Origin: Eledone cirrhosa
Lineage: Eukaryota
Assembly (NCBI GenBank): GCA_964016885.1
Contig: OZ024745.1
Coordinates: forward strand, 71,176,001 to 71,240,000
Length of the DNA: 64,000 nucleotides
Reading direction: 5' to 3'
A program made the position numbers and the translations under genes. The notes beneath the pieces were generated by a model. That model saw nothing but the letters and a program-made list of their open reading frames with translations, searched no databases and had not been told where the DNA came from. This document shows positions 33,301 through 51,300 of the stretch, piece after piece. Positions within the stretch are counted from its first letter, which is position 1. Every line of letters begins with the position of its first letter.

Positions 33301-36300
33301 TCATCACCATTAACACTACTGTCATCACCATTAACACTACTGTCATCACCATTAACACTGCTGTCATCACCATTAACACTACTGTCATCACCATTAACAC
33401 TGCTGTCATCACAATTAACGCTACTGCCATCACTATTAACAATGCTGTCAACACCATTAACACTACTGTCATCACCATAAACACTACTGTCAACACTATT
33501 AACACTACTGTCATCACCATTATCACTACTGTCATCACCATTAACACTACTGTCAACACCATTAACACTACTGTCATCACCATTAACACTGCTGTCAACA
33601 CCATTAACACTGATGTCATCACCATTAACACTACTGTCATCACCATTAACACTACTGACAACACCATTAATACTACTGTCATCACCATTAACACTGCTGT
33701 CAACACCATTAACACTGCTGTCATCACCATTAACACTACTGTCATCACCATTAACACTGCTGTCAACACCATTAACACTACTGTCATCACCATTAACACT
33801 GCTGTCATCACCATTAACACTACTGTCATCACCATTAACACTACTGTCATCACCATTAACACTGCTGTCATCACCATTAACACTGCTGTCATCACCATTA
33901 ACACTGCTGACATCACCATTAACACTACTGCCATCACCATTAACACTGCTGTCATCACCATTAACACTGCTGCCATCACCATTAACACTACTGTCATCAT
34001 CAATAACACTGCTGTCATCAACATCAACACTACTGTCATCACCATTAACACTGCTGTCATCACCATTAACACTGCTGTCATCACCATTAACACTGCTGTC
34101 AACACCATTAACACTACTGTCATCACCAATAACACTGCTGTCATCACCATTAACACTCCTGTCAACACCAGTAACACTGCTGTCATCACCATTAACACTA
34201 CTGTCAACACCATTAACACTACTGTCATCACCATTAACGCTGCTGTCATCACCATTAACACTACTGTCATCACCATTAACACTACTGTCAACACCATTAA
34301 CACTACTATCATCACCATTAACACTACTGTCAACACCATTAACACAACTGTCATTACCATTAACACTACTGTCATCACCATTAACACTACTGTCATCACC
34401 ATTAACACTACTGTCATCACCATTAACACTACTGTCATCACCATTAACACTACTGTCATCACCATTATCACTACTGTCATCACCATTAACACTACTGTCA
34501 ACACCATTAACACTACTGTCATCACCATTAACACTACTGTCATCACCATTAACATTACTGTCATCACCATTAACACTACTGTCATCACCATTAACACTAC
34601 TGTCATCACCATTAACACTACTGTCAACACCATTAACACAACTGTCATCACCATTAACACTACTGTCATCACCATTAACACTACTGTCATCACCATTAAC
34701 ACTACTGTCATCACCATTAACACTACTGTCATCACCATTAACACTACTGTCACCACCATTAACACTACTGTCATCACCATTAACACTACTGTCATCACCA
34801 TTAACACTACTGTCATCACCATTAACACTACTGTCATCACCATTAACACTACTGTCATCACCATTAACACTGCTGTCAACACCATTAACACTACTGTCAT
34901 CACCATTAACACTACTGTCATCACCATTAACACTACTGTCAACACCATTAACACTACTGTCATCACCATTAACACTGCTGTCAACACCATTAACACTGCT
35001 GTCATCACCATTAACACTGCTGTCATCACCATTAACACTACTGTCATCACCATTAACACTACTGTCAACACCATTAACACTGCTGTCATCACCATTAACA
35101 CTGCTGTCAACACCATTAACACTACTGTCATCACCATTAACACTACTGTCAACACCATTAACACTACTGTCATCACAATTAACACTACTGTCATCACCAT
35201 TAACACTACTGTCATCACCATTAACACTACTGTCATCACCATTAACACTACTGTCAACACTATTAACACTACTGTCATCACCATTATCACTACTGTCATC
35301 ACCATTAACACTGCTGTCATCACCATTAACACTGCTGTCAACACCATTAACACTACTGTCATCACCATTAACACTACTGTCATCACCATTAACACTACTG
35401 TCAACACCATTAACACTACTGTCATCACCATTAACACTGCTGTCAACACCATTAACACTGCTGTCATCACCATTAACACTACTGTCATCACCATTAACAC
35501 TACTGTCATCACCATTAACACTGCTGTCATCACCATTAACACTGCTGTCATCACCATTAACACTACTGTCATCACCATTATCACTACTGTCATCACCATT
35601 AACACTACTGTCATCACCATTAATACTACTATCAACACCATTATCACTACTGTCGTCACCATTAACACTACTGTCATCACCATTAACACTACTGTCATCA
35701 CCATTAACACTACTGTCATCACCATTAACACTACTGTCATCACCATTAACACTACTGTCATCACCATTAACACTACTGTCATCACCTTTAACACTACTGT
35801 CCTCACCATTATCACTACTGTCATCACCATTAACACTACTGTCATCACCATTAACACTACTGTCATCACCATTAACACTACTGTCATCACCATTAACACT
35901 ACTGTCATCACCATTAACACTACTGTCATCACCATTAACACTGCTGTCACCACCATTAACACTACTGTCATCACCATTAACACTACTGTCATCACCATTA
36001 ACACTACTGTCATCACCATTAACACTGCTGTCATCACCATTAACACTACTGTCATCACCATTAACACTACTGTCATCACCATTAACACTACTGTCATCAC
36101 CATTAACACTGCTGTCACCACCATTAACACTGCTGTCACCACCATTAACACTACTGTCATCACCATTAACACTACTGTCATCACCATTAACACTACTGTC
36201 ATCACCATTAACACTGCTGTCAACACAATTAACACTACTGTCATCACCATTAACACTACTGTCATCACCATTAACACTACTGTCAACACCATTAACACTA

Positions 36301-39300
36301 CTGTCATCACCATTAACACTGCTGTCAACACCATTAACACTGCTGTCATCACCATTAACACTGCTGTCATCACCATTAACACTACTGTCATCACCATTAA
36401 CACTACTGTCAACACCATTAACACTGCTGTCATAACCATTAACACTGCTGTCAACACCATTAACACTACTGTCATCACCATTAACACTACTGTCAACACC
36501 ATTAACACTACTGTCATCACCATTATCACTACTGTCATCACCATTAACACTACTGTCATCACCATTAACACTACTGTCATCACCATTAACACTGCTGTCA
36601 TCACCATTAACACTACTGTCATCACCATTAACACTGCTGTCATCACAATTAACGCTACTGCCATCACTATTAACAATGCTGTCAACACCATTAACACTAC
36701 TGTCATCACCATAAACACTACTGTCAACACTATTAACACTACTGTCATCACCATTATCACTACTGTCATCACCATTAACACTACTGTCAACACCATTAAC
36801 ACTACTGTCATCACCATTAACACTGCTGTCAACACCATTAACACTGATGTCATCACCATTAACACTACTGTCATCACCATTAACACTACTGACAACACCA
36901 TTAATACTACTGTCATCACCATTAACACTGCTGTCAACACCATTAACACTGCTGTCATCACCATTAACACTACTGTCATCACCATTAACACTGCTGTCAA
37001 CACCATTAACACTACTGTCATCACCATTAACACTGCTGTCATCACCATTAACACTACTGTCATCACCATTAACACTACTGTCATCACCATTAACACTGCT
37101 GTCATCACCATTAACACTGCTGTCATCACCATTAACACTGCTGACATCACCATTAACACTACTGCCATCACCATTAACACTGCTGTCATCACCATTAACA
37201 CTGCTGCCATCACCATTAACACTACTGTCATCATCAATAACACTGCTGTCATCAACATCAACACTACTGTCATCACCATTAACACTGCTGTCATCACCAT
37301 TAACACTGCTGTCATCACCATTAACACTGCTGTCAACACCATTAACACTACTGTCATCACCAATAACACTGCTGTCATCACCATTAACACTCCTGTCAAC
37401 ACCAGTAACACTGCTGTCATCACCATTAACACTACTGTCAACACCATTAACACTACTGTCATCACCATTAACGCTGCTGTCATCACCATTAACACTACTG
37501 TCATCACCATTAACACTTCTGTCATCACCATTAACACTACTGTCATCACCATTAACACTACTGTCAACAGCATTAACACTACTGTCATCACCATTAACAC
37601 TGCTGTCATCACCATTAACACTAATGTCATCACCATTAACACTGCTGTCATCACCATTAACACTACTGTCATCACCATTAACACTACTGTCAACAGCATT
37701 AACACTACTGTCATCACCATTAACACTGCTTTCATCACCATTAACACTAATGTCATCACCATTAACACTGCTGTCATCACCATTAACACTACTGTCATCA
37801 CCATTAACACTAATGTCATCACCATTAACACTACTGTCATCACCATTAACACTACTGTCAACACCATTAACACTACTGTCATTACCATTAACACTGCTGT
37901 CATCACCATTAACACTACTGTCATCACCATTAACACTACTGTCATCACCATTTACACTACTGTCATCACCATTATCACTACTGTCATCACCATTAACACT
38001 ACTGTCATCACCATTAACACTACTGTCATCACCATTAACACTACTGTCATCACCACTAACACTACTGTCATCACCATTTACACTACTGTCATCACCATTA
38101 TCACTACTGTCATCACCATTAACACTGCTGTCATCACCATTAACACTACTGTCATCACCATTAACACTACTGTCATCACCATTAACGCTACTGTCATCAC
38201 CATTAACACTGCTGTCAACACCATTAACACTACTGCCATCACCATTAACACTACTGTCAACACCATAAACACTACTGTCATCACCATTAACACTGCTGTC
38301 AACACCATTAACACTACTGTCATCACCATTAACACTACTGTCAACACCATTAACACTACTGTCATCACCATTAACACTGCTCTCAACACCATTAACACTA
38401 CTGTCATCACCATTAACACTACTGTCATCACCATTAACACTGCTGTCAACACCATTAACACTACTGTCATCACCAATAACACTACTGTCCTCACCATTAA
38501 CAATACTGTCATCACCATTAACACTGCTGTCATCACTATTAACACTACTGTCATCACCATTAACACTACTGTCATCACCTTTAACACTACTGTCATCACC
38601 ATTAACACTACTGTCATCACCATTAACACTGCTGTCAACACCATTAACACTACTGTCATCACCATTAACACTACTGTCATCACCATTAACACTACTGTCA
38701 ACACCATTAACACTACTGTCTTCACCATTAACACTGCTGTCAACACCATTAAGACTGCTGTCAACACCATTAACACTACTGTCATCATCATTAACACTAC
38801 TGTCATCACCATTAACACTACTGTCATCACCATTAACACTGATGTCAACACCATTAACACTACTGTCATCAGCATTAACACTACTGTCATCACCATTAAC
38901 ACTGCTGTCATCACCATTAACACTACTGTCATCACCATTAACACTGCTGTCATCACCATTAACACTACTGTCATCACCATTAACACTACTGTCAACACCA
39001 TTAACACTGCTGTCATCCCCATTAACACTACTGTCATCACCATTAACACTACTGTCATCACCATTAACACTACTGTCATCACCATTAACACTGCTGTCAT
39101 CACCATTAACACTACTGTCATCACCATTAACACTACTGTCAACACCATTAACACTGCTGTCATCACCATTAACACTACTGTCATCACCATTAACACTACT
39201 GTCATCACCATTAACACTACTGTCATCACCATTAACACTACTGTCATCACCATTAACACTGCTGTCATCACCATTAACACTACTGTCATCACCATTAACA

Positions 39301-42300
39301 CTACTGTCAACACCATTAACACTGCTGTCATCACCATTAACACTACTGTCATCACCATTAACACTGCTGTCATCACCATTAACACTACTGTCATCACCAT
39401 TAACACTGCTGTCATCACCATTAACACTACTGTCATCACCATTAACACTACTGTCATCACCACTAACACTACTGTCATCACCATTAACACTAGTGTCATC
39501 ACCATTAACACTACTGTCATCACCATTAACACTACTGTCATCACCATTAACACTACTGTCATCACCACTAACACTACTGTCATCACCACTAACACTACTG
39601 TCATCACCATTAACACTACTGTCATCACCATTAATACTACTGTCATCACCATTAACACTACTGTCATCACCACTAACACTACTGTCATCACCATTAACAC
39701 TAGTGTCATCACCATTAACACTACTGTCATCACCATTAACACTACTGTCATCACCATTAACACTACTGTCATCACCATTAACACTACTGTCATCACCATT
39801 AACACTACTGTCATCACCACTAACACTACTGTCATCACCATTAACACTACTGTCATCACCATTAACACTACTGTCATCACCATTAACACTACTGTCATCA
39901 CCACTAACACTACTGTCATCACCATTATCACTACTGTCATCACCATTAACACTACTGTCATCACCATTAACACTGCTGTCATCACCACTAACACTACTGT
40001 CATCACCATTATCACGACTGTCATCACCATTAACACTACCGTCATCACCATTAACACTACTGTCATCACCATTAACACTACTGTCATCACCATTAACACT
40101 ACTGTCATCACCTTTAACACTACTGTCATCACCATTAACACTACTGTCATCACCATTAACACTGCTGTCAACACCATTAACACTACTGTCATCACCATTA
40201 ACACTACTGTCATCACCATTAACACTACTGTCAACACCATTAACACTACTGTATTCACCATTAACACTGCTGTCAACACCATTAACACTGCTGCCATCAC
40301 CATTAACACTGCTGTCATCACCATTAACACTACTGTCATCACCATTAACACTACTGTCATCACCATTAACACTACTGTCATCACCATTAACACTACTGTC
40401 ATCACCATTAACACTACTGTCATCACCATTAACACTACTGTCATCACCATTAACACTACTGTCAACACCATTAACACTACTGTCATCACCAATAACACTG
40501 CTGTCAACACCATTAACCCTGCTGTCATCACCATTAACACTGCTGTCATCACCATTAACACTACTGTCATCACCATTAACACTACTCTCAACACCATTAA
40601 CACTGCTGTCATCACCATTAACAATGCTGTCAACACCATTAACACTACTGTCATCACCATTAACACTACTGTCAACACCATTAACACTACTGTCATCACC
40701 ATTAACACTACTGTCATCACCATTAACACTACTGTCATCACCATTAACACTACTGTCATCACCATTAACACTACTGTCATCACCATTAACACTGCTGTCA
40801 TCACCATTAACACTACTTTCATCACCATTAACACTGCTGTCATCACCATTAACGCTACTGTCATCACCATTAACACTGCTGTCAACACCATTAACACTAC
40901 TGTCATCACCATTAACACTACTGTCAACACCATTAACACTACTGTCATCACCATTAACACTGCTGTCAACACCATTAACACTACTGTCATCACCATTAAC
41001 ACTACTGTCAACACCATTAACACTACTGTCATCACCATTAACACTGCTCTCAACACCATTAACACTACTGTCATCACCATTAACACTACTGTCATCACCA
41101 TTAACACTGCTGTCAACACCATTAACACTACTGTCATCACCAATAACACTACTGTCCTCACCATTAACAATACTGTCATCACCATTAACACTGCTGTCAT
41201 CACTATTAACACTACTGTCATCACCATTAACACTACTGTCATCACCTTTAACACTACTGTCATCACCATTAACACTACTGTCATCACCATTAACACTGCT
41301 GTCAACACCATTAACACTACTGTCATCACCATTAACACTACTGTCATCACCATTAACACTACTGTCAACACCATTAACACTACTGTCTTCACCATTAACA
41401 CTGCTGTCAACACCATTAACACTGCTGTCAACACCATTAACACTACTGTCATCATCATTAACACTACTGTCATCACCATTAACACTACTGTCATCACCAT
41501 TAACACTGATGTCGACACCATTAACACTACTGTCATCAGCATTAACACTACTGTCATCACCATTAACACTGCTGTCATCACCATTAACACTACTGTCATC
41601 ACCATTAACACTGCTGTCATCACCATTAACACTACTGTCATCACCATTAACACTACTGTCAACACCATTAACACTGCTGTCATCACCATTAACACTACTG
41701 TCATCACCATTAACACTACTGTCATCACCATTAACACTACTGTCATAACCATTAACACTGCTGTCATCACCATTAACACTACTGTCATCACCATTAACAC
41801 TACTGTCAACACCATTAACACTGCTGTCATCACCATTAACACTACTGTCATCACCATTAACACTACTGTCATCACCATTAACACTACTGTCATCACCATT
41901 AACACTACTGTCATCACCATTAACACTGCTGTCATCACCATTAACACTACTGTCATCACCATTAACACTACTGTCAACACCATTAACACTGCTGTCATCA
42001 CCATTAACACTACTGTCATCACCATTAACACTGCTGTCATCACCATTAACACTACTGTCATCACCATTAACACTGCTGTCATCACCATTAACACTACTGT
42101 CATCACCATTAACACTACTGTCATCACCACTAACACTACTGTCATCACCATTAACACTAGTGTCATCACCATTAACACTACTGTCATCACCATTAACACT
42201 ACTGTCATCACCATTATCACTACTGTCATCACCATTAACACTGCTGTCATCACCATTAACACTGCTGTCAACACCATTAACACTACTGTCATCACCATTA

Positions 42301-45300
42301 ACACTACTGTCATCACCATTAACACTACTGTCATCACCATTATCACTACTGTCATCACCATTAACACTACTGTCATCACCATTAACACTACTGTCATCAC
42401 CATTAACACTGCTGTCATCACCATTAACACTACTGTCATCACCATTAACACTACTGTCAACACCATTAACACTGCTGTCATCACCATTAACACTACTGTC
42501 ATCACCATTAACACTGCTGTCATCACCATTAACACTACTGTCATCACCATTAACACTGCTGTCATCACCATTAACACTACTGTCATCACCATTAACACTA
42601 CTGTCATCACCATTAACACTACTGTCATCACCATTAACACTGCTGTCATCACCATTAACACTACTGTCAACACTACTAACACTACTGTCATCACCATTAT
42701 CACTACTGTCATCACCATTAACACTGCTGTCATCACCATTAACACTGCTGTCAACACCATTAACACTACTGTCATCACCATTAACACTACTGTCATCACC
42801 ATTAACACTACTGTCATCACCATTATCACTACTGTCATCACCATTAACACTACTGTCATCACCATTAACACTACTGTCATCACCATTAACACTACTGTCA
42901 TCACCATTAACACTACTGTCATCACCATTAACACTACTGTCATCACCATTAACACTACTGTCATCACCATTAACACTACTGTCAACACCATTAACACAAC
43001 TGTCATTACCATTAACACTACTGTCATCACCATTAACACTACTGTCATCACCATTAACACTACTGTCATCACCATTAACACTACTGTCATCACCATTAAC
43101 ACTACTGTCATCACCATTATCACTACTGTCATCACCATTAACACTACTGTCAACACCATTAACACTACTGTCATCACCATTAACACTACTGTCATCACCA
43201 TTAACACTACTGTCATCACCATTAACACTACTGTCATCACCATTAACACTACTGTCATCACCATTAACACTACTGTCAACACCATTAACACAACTGTCAT
43301 CACCATTAACACTACTGTCATCACCATTAACACTACTGTCATCACCATTAACACTACTGTCATCACCATTAACACTACTGTCATCACCATTAACATTACT
43401 GTCACCACCATTAACACTACTGTCATCACCATTAACACTACTGTCATCACCATTAACACTACTGTCATCACCATTAACACTACTGTCATCACCATTAACA
43501 CTACTGTCATCACCATTAACACTGCTGTCAACACCATTAACACTACTGTCATCACCATTAACACTACTGTCATCACCATTAACACTACTGTCAACACCAT
43601 TAACACTACTGTCATCACCATTAACACTGCTGTCAACACCATTAACACTGCTGTCATCACCATTAACACTGCTGTCATCACCATTAACACTACTGTCATC
43701 ACCATTAACACTACTGTCAACACCATTATCACTGCTTACATCACCATTAACACTGCTGTCAACACCATTAACACTACTGTCATCACCATTAACACTACTG
43801 TCAACACCATTAACACTACTGTCATCACAATTAACACTATTGTCATCACCATTAACACTACTGTCATCACCATTAACACTACTGTCATCACCATTAACAC
43901 TACTGTCAACACTATTAACACTACTGTCATCACCATTATCACTACTGTCATCACCATTAACACTGCTGTCATCACCATTAACACTGCTGTCAACACCATT
44001 AACACTACTGTCATCACCATTAACACTACTGTCATCACCATTAACACTACTGTCAACACCATTAACACTACTGTCATCACCATTAACACTGCTGTCAACA
44101 CCATTAACACTGCTGTCATCACCATTAACACTACTGTCATCACCATTAACACTACTGTCATCACCATTAACACTGCTGTCATCACCATTAACACTGCTGT
44201 CATCACCATTAACACTACTGTCATCACCATTATCACTACTGTCATCACCATTAACACTACTGTCATCACCATTAACACTACTATCAACACCATTATCACT
44301 ACTGTCGTCACCATTAACACTACTGTCATCACCATTAACACTACTGTCATCACCATTAACACTACTGTCATCACCATTAACACTACTGTCATCACCATTA
44401 ACACTACTGTCATCACCATTAACACTACTGTCATCACCTTTAACACTACTGTCCTCACCATTATCACTACTGTCATCACCATTAACACTACTGTCATCAC
44501 CATTAACACTACTGTCATCACCATTAACACTACTGTCATCACCATTAACACTACTGTCATCACCATTAACACTACTGTCATCACCATTAACACTGCTGTC
44601 ACCACCATTAACACTACTGTCATCACCATTAACACTACTGTCATCACCATTAACACTACTGTCATCACCATTAACACTGCTGTCATCACCATTAACACTA
44701 CTGTCATCACCATTAACACTACTGTCATCACCATTAACACTACTGTCATCACCATTAACACTACTGTCATCACCATTAACACTGTTGTCACCACCATTAA
44801 CACTACTGTCATCACCATTAACACTACTGTCATCACCATTAACACTACTGTCATCACCATTAACACTGCTGTCAACACAATTAACACTACTGTCATCACC
44901 ATTAACACTACTGTCATCACCATTAACACTACTGTCAACACCATTAACACTACTGTCATCACCATTAACACTGCTGTCAACACCATTAACACTGCTGTCA
45001 TCACCATTAACACTGCTGTCATCACCATTAACACTACTGTCATCACCATTAACACTACTGTCAACACCATTAACACTGCTGTCATAACCATTAACACTGC
45101 TGTCAACACCATTAACACTACTGTCATCACCATTAACACTACTGTCAACACCATTAACACTACTGTCATCACCATTATCACTACTGTCATCACCATTAAC
45201 ACTACTGTCATCACCATTAACACTACTGTCATCACCATTAACACTGCTGTCATCACCATTAACACTACTGTCATCACCATTAACACTGCTGTCATCACAA

Positions 45301-48300
45301 TTAACGCTGCTGCCATCACTATTAACAATGCTGTCAACACCATTAACACTACTGTCATCACCATAAACACTACTGTCAACACTATTAACACTACTGTCAT
45401 CACCATTATCACTACTGTCATCACCATTAACACTACTGTCAACACCATTAACACTACTGTCATCACCATTAACACTGCTGTCAACACCATTAACACTGCT
45501 GTCATCACCATTAACACTACTGTCATCACCATTAACACTACTGACAACACCATTAATACTACTGTCATCACCATTAACACTGCTGTCAACACCATTAACA
45601 CTGCTGTCATCACCATTAACACTACTGTCATCACCATTAACACTGCTGTCAACACCATTAACACTACTGTCATCACCATTAACACTGCTGTCATCACCAT
45701 TAACACTACTGTCATCACCATTAACACTACTGTCATCACCATTAACACTGCTGTCATCACCATTAACACTGCTGCCATCACCATTAACACTACTGTCATC
45801 ATCAATAACACTGCTGTCATCAACATCAACACTACTGTCATCACCATTAACACTGCTGTCATCACCATTAACACTGCTGTCATCACCATTAACACTGCTG
45901 TCAACACCATTAACACTACTGTCATCACCAATAACACTGCTGTCATCACCATTAACACTACTGTCAACACCAGTAACACTGCTGTCATCACCATTAACAC
46001 TACTGTCAACACCATTAACACTACTGTCATCACCATTAACGCTGCTGTCATCATCATTAACACTACTGTCATCACCATTAACACTTCTGTCATCACCATT
46101 AACACTACTGTCATCACCATTAACACTACTGTCAACAGCATTAACACTACTGTCATCACCATTAACACTAATGTCATCACCATTAACACTGCTGTCATCA
46201 CCATTAACACTACTGTCATCACCATTAACACTACTGTCAACAGCATTAACACTACTGTCATCACCATTAACACTGCTGTCATCACCATTAACACTAATGT
46301 CATCACCATTAACACTACTGTCAACACCATTAACACTACTGTCTTCACCATTAACACTGCTGTCAACACCATTAACACTGCTGTCAACACCATTAACACT
46401 ACTGTCATCATCATTAACACTACTGTCATCACCATTAACACTACTGTCATCACCATTAACACTGATGTCGACACCATTAACACTACTGTCATCAGCATTA
46501 ACACTACTGTCATCACCATTAACACTGCTGTCATCACCATTAACACTACTGTCATCACCATTAACACTGCTGTCATCACCATTAACACTACTGTCATCAC
46601 CATTAACACTACTGTCAACACCATTAACACTGCTGTCATCACCATTAACACTACTGTCATCACCATTAACACTACTGTCATCACCATTAACACTACTGTC
46701 ATAACCATTAACACTGCTGTCATCACCATTAACACTACTGTCATCACCATTAACACTACTGTCAACACCATTAACACTGCTGTCATCACCATTAACACTA
46801 CTGTCATCACCATTAACACTACTGTCATCACCATTAACACTACTGTCATCACCATTAACACTACTGTCATCACCATTAACACTGCTGTCATCACCATTAA
46901 CACTACTGTCATCACCATTAACACTACTGTCAACACCATTAACACTGCTGTCATCACCATTAACACTACTGTCATCACCATTAACACTGCTGTCATCACC
47001 ATTAACACTACTGTCATCACCATTAACACTGCTGTCATCACCATTAACACTACTGTCATCACCATTAACACTACTGTCATCACCACTAACACTACTGTCA
47101 TCACCATTAACACTAGTGTCATCACCATTAACACTACTGTCATCACCATTAACACTACTGTCATCACCATTATCACTACTGTCATCACCATTAACACTGC
47201 TGTCATCACCATTAACACTGCTGTCAACACCATTAACACTACTGTCATCACCATTAACACTACTGTCATCACCATTAACACTACTGTCATCACCATTATC
47301 ACTACTGTCATCACCATTAACACTACTGTCATCACCATTAACACTACTGTCATCACCATTAACACTGCTGTCATCACCATTAACACTACTGTCATCACCA
47401 TTAACACTACTGTCAACACCATTAACACTGCTGTCATCACCATTAACACTACTGTCATCACCATTAACACTGCTGTCATCACCATTAACACTACTGTCAT
47501 CACCATTAACACTGCTGTCATCACCATTAACACTACTGTCATCACCATTAACACTACTGTCATCACCATTAACACTACTGTCATCACCATTAACACTGCT
47601 GTCATCACCATTAACACTACTGTCAACACTACTAACACTACTGTCATCACCATTATCACTACTGTCATCACCATTAACACTGCTGTCATCACCATTAACA
47701 CTGCTGTCAACACCATTAACACTACTGTCATCACCATTAACACTACTGTCATCACCATTAACACTACTGTCATCACCATTATCACTACTGTCATCACCAT
47801 TAACACTACTGTCATCACCATTAACACTACTGTCATCACCATTAACACTACTGTCATCACCATTAACACTACTGTCATCACCATTAACACTACTGTCATC
47901 ACCATTAACACTACTGTCATCACCATTAACACTACTGTCAACACCATTAACACAACTGTCATTACCATTAACACTACTGTCATCACCATTAACACTACTG
48001 TCATCACCATTAACACTACTGTCATCACCATTAACACTACTGTCATCACCATTAACACTACTGTCATCACCATTATCACTACTGTCATCACCATTAACAC
48101 TACTGTCAACACCATTAACACTACTGTCATCACCATTAACACTACTGTCATCACCATTAACACTACTGTCATCACCATTAACACTACTGTCATCACCATT
48201 AACACTACTGTCATCACCATTAACACTACTGTCAACACCATTAACACAACTGTCATCACCATTAACACTACTGTCATCACCATTAACACTACTGTCATCA

Positions 48301-51300
48301 CCATTAACACTACTGTCATCACCATTAACACTACTGTCATCACCATTAACATTACTGTCACCACCATTAACACTACTGTCATCACCATTAACACTACTGT
48401 CATCACCATTAACACTACTGTCATCACCATTAACACTACTGTCATCACCATTAACACTACTGTCATCACCATTAACACTGCTGTCAACACCATTAACACT
48501 ACTGTCATCACCATTAACACTACTGTCATCACCATTAACACTACTGTCAACACCATTAACACTACTGTCATCACCATTAACACTGCTGTCAACACCATTA
48601 ACACTGCTGTCATCACCATTAACACTGCTGTCATCACCATTAACACTACTGTCATCACCATTAACACTACTGTCAACACCATTATCACTGCTTACATCAC
48701 CATTAACACTGCTGTCAACACCATTAACACTACTGTCATCACCATTAACACTACTGTCAACACCATTAACACTACTGTCATCACAATTAACACTATTGTC
48801 ATCACCATTAACACTACTGTCATCACCATTAACACTACTGTCATCACCATTAACACTACTGTCAACACTATTAACACTACTGTCATCACCATTATCACTA
48901 CTGTCATCACCATTAACACTGCTGTCATCACCATTAACACTGCTGTCAACACCATTAACACTACTGTCATCACCATTAACACTACTGTCATCACCATTAA
49001 CACTACTGTCAACACCATTAACACTACTGTCATCACCATTAACACTGCTGTCAACACCATTAACACTGCTGTCATCACCATTAACACTACTGTCATCACC
49101 ATTAACACTACTGTCATCACCATTAACACTGCTGTCATCACCATTAACACTGCTGTCATCACCATTAACACTACTGTCATCACCATTATCACTACTGTCA
49201 TCACCATTAACACTACTGTCATCACCATTAACACTACTATCAACACCATTATCACTACTGTCGTCACCATTAACACTACTGTCATCACCATTAACACTAC
49301 TGTCATCACCATTAACACTACTGTCATCACCATTAACACTACTGTCATCACCATTAACACTACTGTCATCACCATTAACACTACTGTCATCACCTTTAAC
49401 ACTACTGTCCTCACCATTATCACTACTGTCATCACCATTAACACTACTGTCATCACCATTAACACTACTGTCATCACCATTAACACTACTGTCATCACCA
49501 TTAACACTACTGTCATCACCATTAACACTACTGTCATCACCATTAACACTGCTGTCACCACCATTAACACTACTGTCATCACCATTAACACTACTGTCAT
49601 CACCATTAACACTACTGTCATCACCATTAACACTGCTGTCATCACCATTAACACTACTGTCATCACCATTAACACTACTGTCATCACCATTAACACTACT
49701 GTCATCACCATTAACACTACTGTCATCACCATTAACACTGTTGTCACCACCATTAACACTACTGTCATCACCATTAACACTACTGTCATCACCATTAACA
49801 CTACTGTCATCACCATTAACACTGCTGTCAACACAATTAACACTACTGTCATCACCATTAACACTACTGTCATCACCATTAACACTACTGTCAACACCAT
49901 TAACACTACTGTCATCACCATTAACACTGCTGTCAACACCATTAACACTGCTGTCATCACCATTAACACTGCTGTCATCACCATTAACACTACTGTCATC
50001 ACCATTAACACTACTGTCAACACCATTAACACTGCTGTCATAACCATTAACACTGCTGTCAACACCATTAACACTACTGTCATCACCATTAACACTACTG
50101 TCAACACCATTAACACTACTGTCATCACCATTATCACTACTGTCATCACCATTAACACTACTGTCATCACCATTAACACTACTGTCATCACCATTAACAC
50201 TGCTGTCATCACCATTAACACTACTGTCATCACCATTAACACTGCTGTCATCACAATTAACGCTGCTGCCATCACTATTAACAATGCTGTCAACACCATT
50301 AACACTACTGTCATCACCATAAACACTACTGTCAACACTATTAACACTACTGTCATCACCATTATCACTACTGTCATCACCATTAACACTACTGTCAACA
50401 CCATTAACACTACTGTCATCACCATTAACACTGCTGTCAACACCATTAACACTGCTGTCATCACCATTAACACTACTGTCATCACCATTAACACTACTGA
50501 CAACACCATTAATACTACTGTCATCACCATTAACACTGCTGTCAACACCATTAACACTGCTGTCATCACCATTAACACTACTGTCATCACCATTAACACT
50601 GCTGTCAACACCATTAACACTACTGTCATCACCATTAACACTGCTGTCATCACCATTAACACTACTGTCATCACCATTAACACTACTGTCATCACCATTA
50701 ACACTGCTGTCATCACCATTAACACTGCTGCCATCACCATTAACACTACTGTCATCATCAATAACACTGCTGTCATCAACATCAACACTACTGTCATCAC
50801 CATTAACACTGCTGTCATCACCATTAACACTGCTGTCATCACCATTAACACTGCTGTCAACACCATTAACACTACTGTCATCACCAATAACACTGCTGTC
50901 ATCACCATTAACACTACTGTCAACACCAGTAACACTGCTGTCATCACCATTAACACTACTGTCAACACCATTAACACTACTGTCATCACCATTAACGCTG
51001 CTGTCATCATCATTAACACTACTGTCATCACCATTAACACTTCTGTCATCACCATTAACACTACTGTCATCACCATTAACACTACTGTCAACAGCATTAA
51101 CACTACTGTCATCACCATTAACACTAATGTCATCACCATTAACACTGCTGTCATCACCATTAACACTACTGTCATCACCATTAACACTACTGTCAACAGC
51201 ATTAACACTACTGTCATCACCATTAACACTGCTGTCATCACCATTAACACTAATGTCATCACCATTAACACTGCTGTCATCACCATTAACACTACTGTCA

